Positions 1 to 9,281 of a DNA stretch of 64,000 nucleotides are shown one piece after another. The position numbers were made by a program, and so were the translations under genes. The DNA comes from an uncultured Solirubrobacterales bacterium (GTDB taxonomy: Bacteria > Actinomycetota > Thermoleophilia > Solirubrobacterales > 70-9), in assembly GCA_963714665.1 (NCBI GenBank), contig CAVQPE010000008.1:776848-840847 (forward strand), written 5' to 3'. Each line of letters starts with the position of its first letter. The first letter of the stretch is position 1. Below the pieces are notes generated by a model, which was given only the letters and a program-made list of their open reading frames with translations, was not told where the DNA came from and made no database searches.

Positions 1-2
1 CC

Positions 3-960
3 TCACGCTCGGGCTTCGGGCCGGGCGTCAACGGGCCGCTGCTGATCGCCTCCGAATTCGACAGCCCGGCCGAAGCGAAACAGGTGCTGCCGGGGCTGGA
101 GAGCGGCGGTCGGCGAAGCAGCCGACGTCGACGGCGTCTCCGAACCGACCCTGGACAAGGCCGGGACGGTGGCGGTCTTCACCGTGATCTCCAAGTCGGC
201 GCCGTGGGCGGACGAGACCGTCAGCCTGGTCGAAGACCTGCGCGACACGACGATCCCGGCGGCGCTGAAGGGGACCGGCGCCGACTCCTACGTCGGCGGC
301 CAGACCGCCGGCTACATCGACCTCGCCACCCAGATCGCCGACAAGCTGCCGCTGATGATCGCGATCGTCGTCGGCCTCAGCTTCATCGTCCTGCTGCTCG
401 CCTTCCGCTCGCTGCTGGTGCCGATCAAGGCGGCGGCGATGAACCTGCTCTCGGTCGCCGCCGCCTACGGCGTCGTCACCGCGGTCTTCCAGCTCGGCTG
501 GGGCTCCTCGCTGATCGGCCTCGACCACCCGATCCCGATCGTCAGCTTCGTGCCGCTGCTGATGTTCGCGATCCTCTTCGGCCTCTCGATGGACTACGAG
601 GTCTTCCTGCTGACCCAGATGCGCGAGCACTACCGGCAGAACGAAGACGAGAAGGAGGCGGTGATCGCAGGGCCTGGCCAACACCGGCCGGGTGATCACC
701 TCGGCGGCGGCGATCATGGTCTGCGTCTTCACCAGCTTCGTCCTCAACGGCAACCCGATCGTGAAGGAGTTCGGCGTCGGCCTGGCGGTGGCGATCGCGA
801 TCGACTCGACCCTGGTCCGCTGCCTCCTCGTCCCGGCGATCATGGTCCTGATGGGCAAGCGAGCCTGGTGGCTCCCCAAATGGATGGACCGCTGGGTCCC
901 CCACATCAGCATCGAGGGCGAGGACTTCTTCGCCGCCCGCGAAGCGGCCCTCGCCCAGCC
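3..960 (+). pseudogene. MMPL-family (RND superfamily) membrane transporter, C-terminal part; 5' end outside window
   Basis: Peptides GFGPGVNGPLLIASEFDSPAEAKQVLPGLES, then VGEAADVDGVSEPTLDKAGTVAVFTVISKSAPWADETV...FGLSMDYEVFLLTQMREHY, then GRVITSAAAIMVCVFTSFVL...AIDSTLVRCLLVPAIMVLMGKRAWWLPKWMDRW look like an MMPL C-terminal half. They sit in three frames, with breaks near 105 and 685. There is no in-frame stop before pgsA. Confidence 0.7.
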
Positions 961-1009
961 GCCGACGGGCCGATACGTCAAGGTGACCTTGACGTATCGG
1001 CCCGTCGGC
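961..1009. repeat. 49-bp perfect palindrome, copy 1 (GCCGACGGGCCGATACGTCAAGGT-G-ACCTTGACGTATCGGCCCGTCGGC)
   Basis: The 24-nt arms are exact reverse complements around one central base. The same 49-mer recurs at 17010-17058 and a degenerate copy lies at 25000-25041. Confidence 0.95.
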
Positions 1010-1033
1010 CCCCGGAGGAGGGAGACTGAGCGG

Positions 1034-1604
1034 GTGTTTCCGCTCAATCTGCCCAATGCGCTGACGCTGTTGCGGATCCTGGCGGTGCCGGTGGTCGTCG
1101 TCGCGCTGCTGGGGGAGACGCCGAACGGGGATGCGCTCGCCGCCGCGGTGTTCGCCCTGGCGGCGCTCACCGACGGGCTCGACGGCTACTTCGCCCGCTC
1201 CCGCGGGGCGGTCACCACCTTCGGCAAGCTGATGGACCCGATCGCCGACAAGCTGCTGATCGTCGCGGCGCTGGTCTCGCTGGTCTCCCTCGACCGGCTC
1301 GAACGCCTGGGTGGCGATGGTGATCATCGCCCGCGAGTTCGCCGTCACCGTGATGCGGGCGATCGCGGTCGAGCGCGGCATCGTGATCTCCGCCAGCTGG
1401 CTGGGCAAGGTGAAGACCGTCCTGCAGATCGCCGCCGTGATCGCCCTGATCGCCGCCAACCCCGCCCCGGCCTGGGTCGACGTGCTCGTCTACCTCGCCG
1501 TCGCCGCGACCCTGATCAGCGGCGCCGACTACTTCTTCGGCCTGCGCCGCCGGATCGAGGAAGAGCGGGCAGCGCGCGCGGCGCCGAAAACGAAGCCGAG
1601 CTAG
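1034..1604 (+). pseudogene. pgsA: CDP-diacylglycerol--glycerol-3-phosphate 3-phosphatidyltransferase, one frame break near 1300
   Basis: A GTG start follows GGAGGAGGGAG. NALTLLRILAVPVVV...ALTDGLDGYFARSRGAVTTFGKLMDPIADKLL carries the CDP-alcohol phosphatidyltransferase motif D-G-x2-A-R-x8-G-x3-D-x3-D. The C-terminal half (AMVIIAREFAVTVMRAIAV...) is in another frame (ORF 1311-1604). Confidence 0.8.
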
Positions 1605-2613
1605 GCGCCCGGAGCCTCCAGCCACTCGCGCATGGTGGTGTGGCGCTCCTGGTGCTCGCCGCTGAGCGAGCTCGTGCGCGGAGGTCGCCGAGGGTGCCGT
1701 AGCGCTCGGCGACGACGTTGTGGCGGTGGATCGTCTCCAGGTTCTCCTGGCGGGCCATGACGAAGGCCTCGGCGGGCAGGTCGGGGTAGCCCTCGACCAC
1801 CGGCGCGGATCATCTCCCGCACGCAGTCCTCGACGAAGCGCGGCTGTTCGTGCGCCTTCGCCACCACCGCCAGCTCGTCCGGGCGCTTCATCAGCTCGTA
1901 GATCTCCGAGCTCATCGAGCCCTCGACGATGCGCAGCAGCTCCGGCGCGTCGATCCACGCGTCGCCCGCCCTCCGGGCAGCCGACGTAGAGCGTGCCGAT
2001 GCCGCGCTGGTTGTGGGTGGCGACGGGAACCGCCTCGATCGCCCGCTCGACCTGCTCGGGGTCGAAGCCCGCCGCGGCCAGCCGTTCGCGGGCCAGCTCG
2101 GCGACCATCTCCTGGGCGCACGGGCAGGCCGTCATCCCCTGCGCCTGCACGCCGGTCAGGGTCCGCGTCCCCCGCTCCGAGGCGACCGCGGTGCCGAAGA
2201 GGCCGTAGATCTCCTGGGTCGAGTGCCCCGTCGCCGGCGTGCTCACCGTCTCCGGGTAGCGTGCCGTGACGGAGACCTCGGCGCGGCGGCCCCGCTGGCG
2301 CTCGCGCACGCGCTGGGCGATGTGGGCGGCGAGGATCTCGGCCCGGAACGCCTCGCCGAGCACGACCTCGTCGATCGCCTCGCCGACGATCCTCCTCGAA
2401 GCGCGACATGTGGACCCCGGCCTGGCGCGGCTCGAGGTCGACGAAGCACTCGAAGTTGGCGTGGTAGAGGTTCTCGGCGCCGTCAGCCTTGACCCGGATC
2501 ACCTTCTCGACGCCAGTCACGCCGACCCGCGAGAGGCTGACCTGGGTCGCCGGAACCGACGCCTGCACGTCGGGGGCGCTGAGTGGGGCTGTCGGCGTCG
2601 TCGGGGTCGCCAC
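1601..2613 (-). pseudogene. folE2: GTP cyclohydrolase I type 2 (FolE2/MptA family), at least 3 frame breaks
   Basis: Segments [63 protein letters not shown]...[49 protein letters not shown] and [21 protein letters not shown] are collinear on the minus strand but sit in different frames. Confidence 0.75.
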
Positions 2614-2636
2614 GCCTTATGAAGAGTAAGCAACCG

Positions 2637-2680
2637 CTGTCCCCGGGGGCGGCTGCCCGGGGACAGGCGATTCGTTTTTT
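2637..2680 (+). terminator. Intrinsic-terminator-like hairpin plus T-run on the + strand, in the folE2/sigma divergent region
   Basis: CTGTCCCCGGG (2637-2647) pairs with CCCGGGGACAG (2656-2666) and is followed by GCGATTCGTTTTTTC. No + strand gene lies upstream, so it may be a leader attenuator or the end of a small RNA. Confidence 0.4.
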
Positions 2681-2767
2681 CTGCCTATACTTGGCCGCGG
2701 TCGGAGCGATGGGGCCGGCCCCCCGGTCAGGGGAGAGGGTTGCACCGGAGGCAGTGAGATCGAACCG

Positions 2768-3892
2768 TTGGAGACGGTCCCGCAGGGACTGGATCGGGAT
2801 TCGGATGCGCAGCCGTTCGCGGAGCCAGAGGAGCTGCGCGGGCTGATCGCGCTGGGCCGCGAGCGCGGCTACCTCACCTTCGAGCAGATCGCCACCACCC
2901 TCGAGGAGGCCGAGGTCACCAAGGAGCAGGTCTCGGCCCTGCACGCGCACCTGCTCGAGCAGGGGGTCGAAGTGATCGCCGAGGAGGGCGTCGACGCCTA
3001 CAAGGAGCAGCGCGCGGAAGCGACCAACGGCGGCGAGAAAAAAGCCGAGCTGGACCTCACCGTCGAGCCCAGCCTCGACTCGCTGCGCCTCTACCTGCGC
3101 TCGATCGGCCAGGTCGACCTGCTCACCGCCGCCCAGGAGGTGGAGCTGGCGAAACGGATCGAGCGCGGCGACATGCTCGCCAAGCGGCAGATGGTCGAGG
3201 CCAACCTGCGGCTCGTGGTCTCGATCGCGAAAGGCTATCTGGGCCGCGGCCTCAGCTTCCTCGACCTGATCCAGGAGGGCTCGCTCGGCCTGATCCGCGC
3301 GGTCGAGAAGTTCGACTACCGGCGCGGCTACAAGTTCTCCACCTACGCCACCTGGTGGATTCGCCAGGCGGTGACGCGGGCGATCGCCGACAAGGCGCGG
3401 ACGATCCGCATCCCGGTCCATATGGTCGAGAAGCTGAACCGGGTCGCCCACGTCGAGCGCCAGCTCGTCCAGTCGCTCGGGCGCGAGCCGGAGCCGGACG
3501 AGATCGCCGCCGAGCTGCGCTGGCCGCTCGACGAAGTGCGGGACATCCTTCGCGTCTCCCAGCTTCCGGTCTCGCTGGAGAAGCCGGTCGGCGACGAGGA
3601 CGAATCCGAGCTCGGCGACTTCGTCGCCGACGAAGAGGTGGCCGAGCCGTTCGAGGAGGCGAGCGAGCACCTGCAGCGCGAGGGGGTGCGCAAGGCGCTC
3701 GACTCGCTGCCCGAGCGCGAGCGCCAGGTGATCGAGCTGCGCTACGGCCTCTCCGGCCTGGAACCGCTGACGCTCGAGGAAGTCGGCCGCACCTTCGGCG
3801 TCACCCGCGAGCGGATCCGCCAGATCGAGACCAACACGCTGAAGAAGCTGCGCGGCTTGCCCGAGGCGCAGATGCTGCGCGACGCGGTCTAG
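2768..3892 (+). CDS. rpoD: RNA polymerase sigma-70 factor, RpoD/SigA (group 1/2) family
   Basis: [103 protein letters not shown] and the region 4 sequence [21 protein letters not shown] are present. The ORF is intact with a TTG start. Confidence 0.9.
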   Translation: METVPQGLDRDSDAQPFAEPEELRGLIALGRERGYLTFEQIATTLEEAEVTKEQVSALHAHLLEQGVEVIAEEGVDAYKEQRAEATNGGEKKAELDLTVEPSLDSLRLYLRSIGQVDLLTAAQEVELAKRIERGDMLAKRQMVEANLRLVVSIAKGYLGRGLSFLDLIQEGSLGLIRAVEKFDYRRGYKFSTYATWWIRQAVTRAIADKARTIRIPVHMVEKLNRVAHVERQLVQSLGREPEPDEIAAELRWPLDEVRDILRVSQLPVSLEKPVGDEDESELGDFVADEEVAEPFEEASEHLQREGVRKALDSLPERERQVIELRYGLSGLEPLTLEEVGRTFGVTRERIRQIETNTLKKLRGLPEAQMLRDAV

Positions 3893-3896
3893 AGAC

Positions 3897-4356
3897 TCAG
3901 CGCGGCTCCAGCACGAAGACCGCTATGTCGCGGTCGGTTCGCGCCTCGTAATCGTCGAAGCCGGCGTACTGCTCGTTGTGCTTGCGCCAGAGCTCGGCGC
4001 GCTCGCTCGCCCTCGGCGACACGCGCCCGCACCTGCCGGCGGTCGCGGCCGACCTCGACTTCGGCATCCGGGTTGGCCTTGAGGTTGAGCGACCAGGCGG
4101 GGGTGCGGGCGTTGCCCGCGTTGGAGCCGATCACCGAGAGCCGCTCGCCATCGGCGAGGTAAACGACCGGAGCTGTGCGCTGCTGGCCCGACTTGCGCCC
4201 GGTCGTCGTCAGCAGCAGGACCGGCGCCCGGCCGATCTTGTTCGCCAGCCGGCCGCCCGAGAGCCGGTAGACCGGCACGTTCAGCTTGCCGGCCCAGCGC
4301 AGCGCCGGGGCGCCCATCGAAGTCGAGATCCGCGAGAAGAACCTGTCGCTCGGCAC
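3897..4356 (-). pseudogene. Deazaflavin (F420)-dependent nitroreductase family protein, frame break near 3995
   Basis: VPVYRLSGGRLANKIGRAPVLLLTTTGRKSGQQRTAPVVYLADGERLSVIGSNAGNARTPAWSLNLKANPDAEVEVG is followed in another frame by ELWRKHNEQYAGFDDYEARTDRDIAVFVLEPR and a stop. Confidence 0.75.
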
Positions 4357-4393
4357 GTCGCGAGTATCCCACGGCCTCGTAAGGTGAGTGCCG

Positions 4394-4765
4394 ATGGCCG
4401 ACCCGCATCCATTCCGCCGCGCCGCCGAAGCCAAGGACCTGGAGCTGCTGGCCGAGACACTGCGCGAGGACGTCGAGCTGCACAGCCCGATCCTCTTCCG
4501 GGGCTTCGAGGGCCGCGAGGTCGTCACCCAGGTGCTGACCCACGTCGCCGCCACCCTCGAGGACCTCACCTATACGGACGAGCTGACCGAGGGCAACACG
4601 GTCGCGCTCCGCTTCAAGGCCCGCGTCGGCGACCGCGAGCTGGAGGGCATCGACTTCCTCGAGCTTGACGACGAGGGCCGCGTCGCCGTCCTCACCGTCT
4701 TCATGCGCCCGATGTCCGCCCTCACGGCGTTCAACGAGCAGATGATGAAGCGGCTCGGCGTCTAG
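4394..4765 (+). CDS. SnoaL/NTF2-like small protein
   Basis: The 123-125 aa ORF has an alpha+beta barrel-like pattern (FRRAAEAKDLELLAETLREDVELHSP...VALRFKARVGDRELEGIDFLELDDEGRVAVLTVFMRP). The start could be GTG 4388 or ATG 4394. Confidence 0.5.
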   Translation: MADPHPFRRAAEAKDLELLAETLREDVELHSPILFRGFEGREVVTQVLTHVAATLEDLTYTDELTEGNTVALRFKARVGDRELEGIDFLELDDEGRVAVLTVFMRPMSALTAFNEQMMKRLGV

Positions 4766-4780
4766 AATTGCAGCGTCTCC

Positions 4781-4862
4781 GGGGGAGTGCCCGAGTGGTT
4801 AAAGGGGACTGGCTGTAAACCAGTTGGCTATGCCTACACAGGTTCGAATCCTGTCTCCCCCA
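4781..4862 (+). tRNA. tRNA-Tyr (anticodon GTA), long variable arm, CCA not encoded
   Basis: The acceptor is GGGGGAG/CTCCCCC with discriminator A. The anticodon stem is ACTGG/CCAGT with loop CTGTAAA. The T arm is AGGTTCGAATCCT. Confidence 0.9.
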
Positions 4863-4883
4863 TTCGTTTGACCGCTTGGCCGG

Positions 4884-5333
4884 TTACTCGGTGAGCGCGT
4901 GTGGATCGGAGATCCAGCGAGACTCGAGGCCGAGATGATCGCCGAGGTGGTCGAGGTGCTGGTCGAAGTGCACGACGCCGATGCCCATGTGCTGGGCAGC
5001 AGCAGCAACCGTCAGGTCGGTGAGAGGGAAGCGATGGGCCCCGTGGGACCCGGCCGCTGCCAGCTCGCGCATGGTTGCCAGGACCGCACGCTGAACGGCG
5101 CGATCCACGGGTATCTCCCGCATGGTGTCCAAGGTGCGCTCGACTGCGGTGATCCCATCCGCTCCTCGTGCGTCAACCATCAGCTCGTAGCGCACAGGCC
5201 AGCACCAGCGAAGCTCGCCGCGTTCGATTGCGCCAAGCAGTAGGTCACGAGCCTTGTCGTCTCGACGAGCCCGCATCCAGGCCGAGGTATCCGCGAGCAC
5301 CGGGCCGCTGCCGTCCCAAAGCCGTTCCGACAT
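4884..5333 (-). CDS. vapC: PIN-domain toxin (VapC-like)
   Basis: VLADTSAWMRARR near the N-terminus supplies the acidic D. FPLTDLTVAAAAQHMGIGVVHFDQHLDHL is typical of a PIN C-terminal region. The gene overlaps the upstream small gene by one base. Confidence 0.75.
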   Translation of the reverse strand: MSERLWDGSGPVLADTSAWMRARRDDKARDLLLGAIERGELRWCWPVRYELMVDARGADGITAVERTLDTMREIPVDRAVQRAVLATMRELAAAGSHGAHRFPLTDLTVAAAAQHMGIGVVHFDQHLDHLGDHLGLESRWISDPHALTE

Positions 5334-5617
5334 CAGGCAGCAGGCGGCGCGTTGAGGCGATCGATCGCTGCTAGGTCAAGGTCGAACTGCTCGGAATCCA
5401 TCGCCTCAAACAGGGCCTCGGCGGCGCCACGGCGGTCGCGCCCAGCCTCCAGCTCCGCCTCGGCTCCCTCGACAGCAAGGCGGCGCAGAAGCGTGGCATC
5501 GGCCTCGCGGGTGCCGGTGGCGGCGCGAACCCGTGCCAGCGCCTCCCCCAGCTCCGGGTCTGCGGTCACGGCGATTCGAGGGTGTTTGGAGGGCATTGCC
5601 ACCGTAGTGTAACTCAT
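5333..5617 (-). CDS. Antitoxin partner of the PIN toxin (ribbon-helix-helix-like)
   Basis: This small ORF lies immediately upstream of vapC. PRIAVTADPELGEALARV fits a beta-strand plus helix N-terminus. The start could be 5617 or 5596. Confidence 0.55.
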   Translation of the reverse strand: MSYTTVAMPSKHPRIAVTADPELGEALARVRAATGTREADATLLRRLAVEGAEAELEAGRDRRGAAEALFEAMDSEQFDLDLAAIDRLNAPPAA

Positions 5618-5701
5618 CGGAGTAACACCGAGCAAATCGCCCGAACCAGCCTCCACCTCATCGCGAGCTGAAGCGATTCAACGGCGCTTGAGCCACTCGA
5701 C

Positions 5702-6209
5702 CTACAGCCAGTACCTGCGCTGCCATTTGACGCTCGCGACCAAGACGAGCACCATGCCGGGGAGGCCGATAAGGATCTGCAGCAGGTCGCTGAGATTCGA
5801 CCCAAAGACCATCGAGCATCCAGAGATCAGCAGGCCCAATAGAACAAGCGCCAGATAGTCCAGCTGCATCTCTACGGGCAGCAGCTCCCGCTTCGACCGG
5901 AACGAGCTTCCGGCTGCGACGATCAACAGGTACAGCACCGGTGCGATGAGCAGCACCCCGCCGATCACCGGCACGCCGTAGCTGAAGTACCGCGCCGAAA
6001 AGCAAGGAACGCGCGATCGGTCCAGACGTGCTCGTCTTGAGGCCGAAGATGCCCTCGCCCTCCATGGCTCCCCCCTGAAGAAATGCCGGCAGGTACGAGC
6101 CCCTGCGAATAGCATCGACGTAGCTGGAGATCAGCGAGTAGTGGATCTCTTGGAGCGGCTCCAGTGCCGGTCTTAGCTGCGCGCCTTCCTCCGGCTCCTC
6201 GCTGCTCAC
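5702..6209 (-). pseudogene. Hypothetical membrane protein, frame break near 5990
   Basis: The N-terminal part VSSEEPEEGAQLRPALEPLQEIHYSLISSYVDAIRRGSYLPAF... is in the frame of ORF 5658-6248. The hydrophobic C-terminal part VPVIGGVLLIAPVLYLLIVAAG...LVLLGLLISGCSMVF...LPGMVLVLVASVKW is in ORF 5702-6115. No family was recognised. Confidence 0.35.
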
Positions 6210-6278
6210 GCGGGAAAAGTAATGAACCCGTCGGTCTCTCCACGGCACGGTTGCTTAGCGATCCGGGATGATGATGAG

Positions 6279-7001
6279 ATGAATTCACCTTCTCTCGACG
6301 GCCGAGTGGTTGCGATCGCCGGAGTCGCCGGTGGGCTTGGGCCGGTGGTGGCCGAGCGCTTGGCCAACGCCGGTGCCACGGTCGCCGGGGCCGACGTCTC
6401 GCAGGAGCGGATCGACGAGGTCGGCTCGGGGCTGGGCCTTCCCCAGGAGCGCTGGGACGGGCGCGCGGTGAACCTGCTCGACGAGGCGGCGACGCGGGAG
6501 TGGTGCGCGGAGCTGCTTGAGCGCTTCGGCCGGGTCGATGCCCTGCTGCACCTGGTCGGCGGCTGGCGCGGGGGGCAGCCGCTGCACGAGGAGCCGCTTG
6601 CCGACTGGGACCTGCTGCACGACCTGCTAATCCGGACCGTCCAGCAGACGACCCGCGCCTTTCACGACGCTCTGCTTGCGAGCGAGCACGGCCGCTTCGT
6701 CCTCGTCTCCGCCAAGCAGGCGCAGGCGCCCTCGAACTCGAATGCGGCCTACGCCGCCGCCAAGGCCGCGGCGGAGGCTTGGACCCTTGCCCTCGCCGAC
6801 GGCTTCGAAGGCACCGCCGCCACCGCCAACATCATCGTCGTCGACGCGATCCTCACTCCCCGCATGCGGGAGGAGAGCCCGGACGAGGACTTCCCCACCT
6901 TCACCTCCGCCGAGGCGATCGCCGAGGCGATCGCATTCCTCTGTTCAGGCGCCGCCGAGAAGATGAACGGCCAGCGCCTGGCGCTTACGATGCGAGGGTG
7001 A
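6279..7001 (+). CDS. Short-chain dehydrogenase/reductase (SDR) family oxidoreductase
   Basis: GRVVAIAGVAGGLGPVVAERLANAGATVAGADV is a Rossmann G-x3-G-x-G-like motif, and YAAAKAAAEAW is the Y-x3-K catalytic motif. Confidence 0.8.
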   Translation: MNSPSLDGRVVAIAGVAGGLGPVVAERLANAGATVAGADVSQERIDEVGSGLGLPQERWDGRAVNLLDEAATREWCAELLERFGRVDALLHLVGGWRGGQPLHEEPLADWDLLHDLLIRTVQQTTRAFHDALLASEHGRFVLVSAKQAQAPSNSNAAYAAAKAAAEAWTLALADGFEGTAATANIIVVDAILTPRMREESPDEDFPTFTSAEAIAEAIAFLCSGAAEKMNGQRLALTMRG

Positions 7002-7849
7002 GCAAGAGCCCATCGAAGCCCGCCAAGGGCGAGATGACGATTCGCGAGCTGGCGGAGCGGACGGGAATGACGGTGCGCAACATCCGCGCCCACCAGACCC
7101 GCGGGCTGCTGCCGCCGCCGCTGGTGCGGGGGCGCACCGGCTATTACAACGAGGAGCACGTGGCGCGGATCGCGCTGACGCGGGAGATGCAGGCCGACGG
7201 GCTCAACCTGGAGGCGATCCGGCGGGTGCTCGAAAGCGGCGACGGTGCCGCCACCGAGATCTTCGACTTCACCCGGGCACTGCGCGCCCCCTTCGAGGAC
7301 GAGGCGCCCGAGATAATCGAGGCCGAGGAGTTGGCGAGTGTTTGGGGAACGGGGGGTACTCCCGATCCCGACCTGATGCGCCGCGCGGAGAAGCTCGGCA
7401 TCCTGCGCGCCCTGCCCGACGGGCGCATCGAGGTGATCAGTCCCCGCCTGGAGCGCGCCGCCGTGGCACTCGCCGAGCTGGGGGTCGGGCCCGAGGGCGC
7501 CCTCTCCACCGCGGAGAAGCTGCGCCGCAACGCCGATGGCGTGGCGCGCGCCTTCGTCGACCTCTTCGTCAAGGAAATCTGGCAGCCATTTGACCGTGCC
7601 GGCCGCCCGGAGGCCGACTGGCCCAAAGTGCGCGAAGCGCTGGACCGCATGCGCCCGCTCGCCTCGGACGCCCTGCTCGCCGTCTTCCAGATCGCGATGG
7701 GCGAGGCGGTGGAGAAGGCCAGCGAGCGCACCCTGCGCGTTGCCGGCCGCCGCAAGAAGCCGGCCGCCGGCAGGCGCGGCGCAGCTCAGCTTGACGCCCT
7801 AAAACAAGGCATATATCGTCCCCGCTGTTTCATGTACTACCGCGTTTAA
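6998..7849 (+). CDS. MerR-family transcriptional regulator
   Basis: The GTG start overlaps the SDR stop (GTGA). MTIRELAERTGMTVRNIRAHQTRGLLPPPLVRGRTGYYNEEHVARIALTREMQADGLNLEAIRRVL is a MerR HTH plus coiled coil. Confidence 0.8.
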   Translation: MSKSPSKPAKGEMTIRELAERTGMTVRNIRAHQTRGLLPPPLVRGRTGYYNEEHVARIALTREMQADGLNLEAIRRVLESGDGAATEIFDFTRALRAPFEDEAPEIIEAEELASVWGTGGTPDPDLMRRAEKLGILRALPDGRIEVISPRLERAAVALAELGVGPEGALSTAEKLRRNADGVARAFVDLFVKEIWQPFDRAGRPEADWPKVREALDRMRPLASDALLAVFQIAMGEAVEKASERTLRVAGRRKKPAAGRRGAAQLDALKQGIYRPRCFMYYRV

Positions 7850-7894
7850 CAAAGTACGCCAAAGCGATCGGTACGACGGCGGGGGCGCCGGGGC

Positions 7895-8371
7895 ATGGAT
7901 GACATTCCGAATTCCTCGGGCGACTTTCTGGCTGCCTTCTCAGGGGCGGTCGGTCGCCTCCAGGTCGCGGTGCTCGAGGCGTGCCGGGGAGAGGAGGAGT
8001 GGCCTGCGAAAGTGGCCGCGTCGATCGTGGCGGCGATCGACTTCGCCGCGGCTGAGCCCGAGAGCATGCAGCTGCTCACCGTAGAGGCGCTCGTCCAGAG
8101 GCCCGATGGTGGCCGCCGGTATGTGCGGACGATCGAGTACTTCGCCGACCTGCTTCGTGCCGAGGCGCCGGTCGACAAACGGCGGCCGAGGAGCACCGAG
8201 CAGGCCCTGGTCGGTGGCGTCGCCACGACGATCGCCGATCGGATGCGGCACGGCGCGCCTGGCCAGCTGCGCGCCGCTGCCCCCGAGCTGGTGGAGTTCA
8301 TGCTGCTGCCCTACGTCGGCAGCGAGGAAGCCCGGCGCTGGGCGGCCTGGGTGCAGTCGCGCCGCGCGTGA
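7895..8371 (+). CDS. TetR-like ligand-binding (C-terminal) domain protein lacking the N-terminal HTH
   Basis: It aligns by eye with the three neighbouring TetR paralogs from the FLAAF motif onward. FLAAFSGAVGRL...ALVGGVATTIADRMRHG...ELVEFMLLPYVGSEEARR matches FLAAFDAAAEDV...LIGGVAWIVHQKIRRHE...ELAEFMLAPYRG. No HTH is coded upstream in any frame. Confidence 0.6.
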   Translation: MDDIPNSSGDFLAAFSGAVGRLQVAVLEACRGEEEWPAKVAASIVAAIDFAAAEPESMQLLTVEALVQRPDGGRRYVRTIEYFADLLRAEAPVDKRRPRSTEQALVGGVATTIADRMRHGAPGQLRAAAPELVEFMLLPYVGSEEARRWAAWVQSRRA

Positions 8372-8462
8372 CTTGCCTGCACACTCCAACGTTATTGTGC
8401 AGTGACCCGCCCGCGCCGCGCCTTGACCGGCCCCGGCGTGTTCTTTGTTGGAGCGGGCGGAG

Positions 8463-9278
8463 ATGACGATGAGGAAAAGCAGACGAGCGATCTCGGTACT
8501 GGCGCTGGGCGCCGCGGTGCTCGCACCCATGGCATATGCCGCCTCAAGCGGTTCCAAGGTGTCGATAGCCAAGGAAGGCGTGAAGGTCTCGATCAGCGGG
8601 AAACTGACGCCGACGACGCTGCCGCGGCGGGGCACGGCGCCGATCGGCGTGAAGTTCGGCGGCACGATCGGCACGATCCACTCGATCCGCCCGGCCGGGC
8701 CTCCCAAGCTGACCCGGCTGACGATTGAAATCAATCGCAACGGCCGGCTCGACACGGACGGGCTGCCGCGCTGTCGTCTCGGGCACATCGATCCCTCGAC
8801 CAACCGGGAAGCGCTGGCGGCCTGCGGGCCCGCGCTCGTCGGCGAAGGCAGCTTCTCCGCGAATGTGAAGATCCCCGAGCAGTCGCCCTTTCCCTCCAAG
8901 GGCAAGGTCCTCGCCTTCAACGGGCGCCTGCATGGCAGGCCGGTGATCCTCGCCCACATCTACGGCATCCGGCCCCTGCCGACCTCCTACGTCCTGCCCT
9001 TCGAGATCAAGGGCGGTACCGGCCGCTACGGCACGTTGCTGGAAGCCTCGTTCCCCTCGGTGACCGGGGAATGGGGCTACGTCACCGGAATCTCCATGAA
9101 CCTGAACCGCCGCTTCTCCTCCGGGGGGAGGACCCACGGCTATCTCAATGCCGGCTGCCCGGCTCCGAGCGGCTACACACGGGTCCCGTTCCCGCTCGCC
9201 CGCTCGACCTTCGTCTTCGACGAAGGGTTGAAGATCACCACTCCGCCGGTGGTGCGCACCTGCAGGGTGAAGGGCTGA
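8463..9278 (+). CDS. Secreted hypothetical protein (signal peptide)
   Basis: MTMRKSRRAISVLALGAAVLAPMAYAAS is a signal peptide. The mature part is beta-rich with 4 Cys. No family was recognised. Confidence 0.6.
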   Translation: MTMRKSRRAISVLALGAAVLAPMAYAASSGSKVSIAKEGVKVSISGKLTPTTLPRRGTAPIGVKFGGTIGTIHSIRPAGPPKLTRLTIEINRNGRLDTDGLPRCRLGHIDPSTNREALAACGPALVGEGSFSANVKIPEQSPFPSKGKVLAFNGRLHGRPVILAHIYGIRPLPTSYVLPFEIKGGTGRYGTLLEASFPSVTGEWGYVTGISMNLNRRFSSGGRTHGYLNAGCPAPSGYTRVPFPLARSTFVFDEGLKITTPPVVRTCRVKG

Positions 9279-9281
9279 GGC

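Noticed and set aside
28-1170. A 380-aa ORF antisense to the MMPL/pgsA genes.
   Set aside because: Its Arg/Pro/Gly/Ala-rich low-complexity translation is typical of spurious antisense ORFs in high-GC DNA. The opposite strand carries clear MMPL and PgsA motifs.
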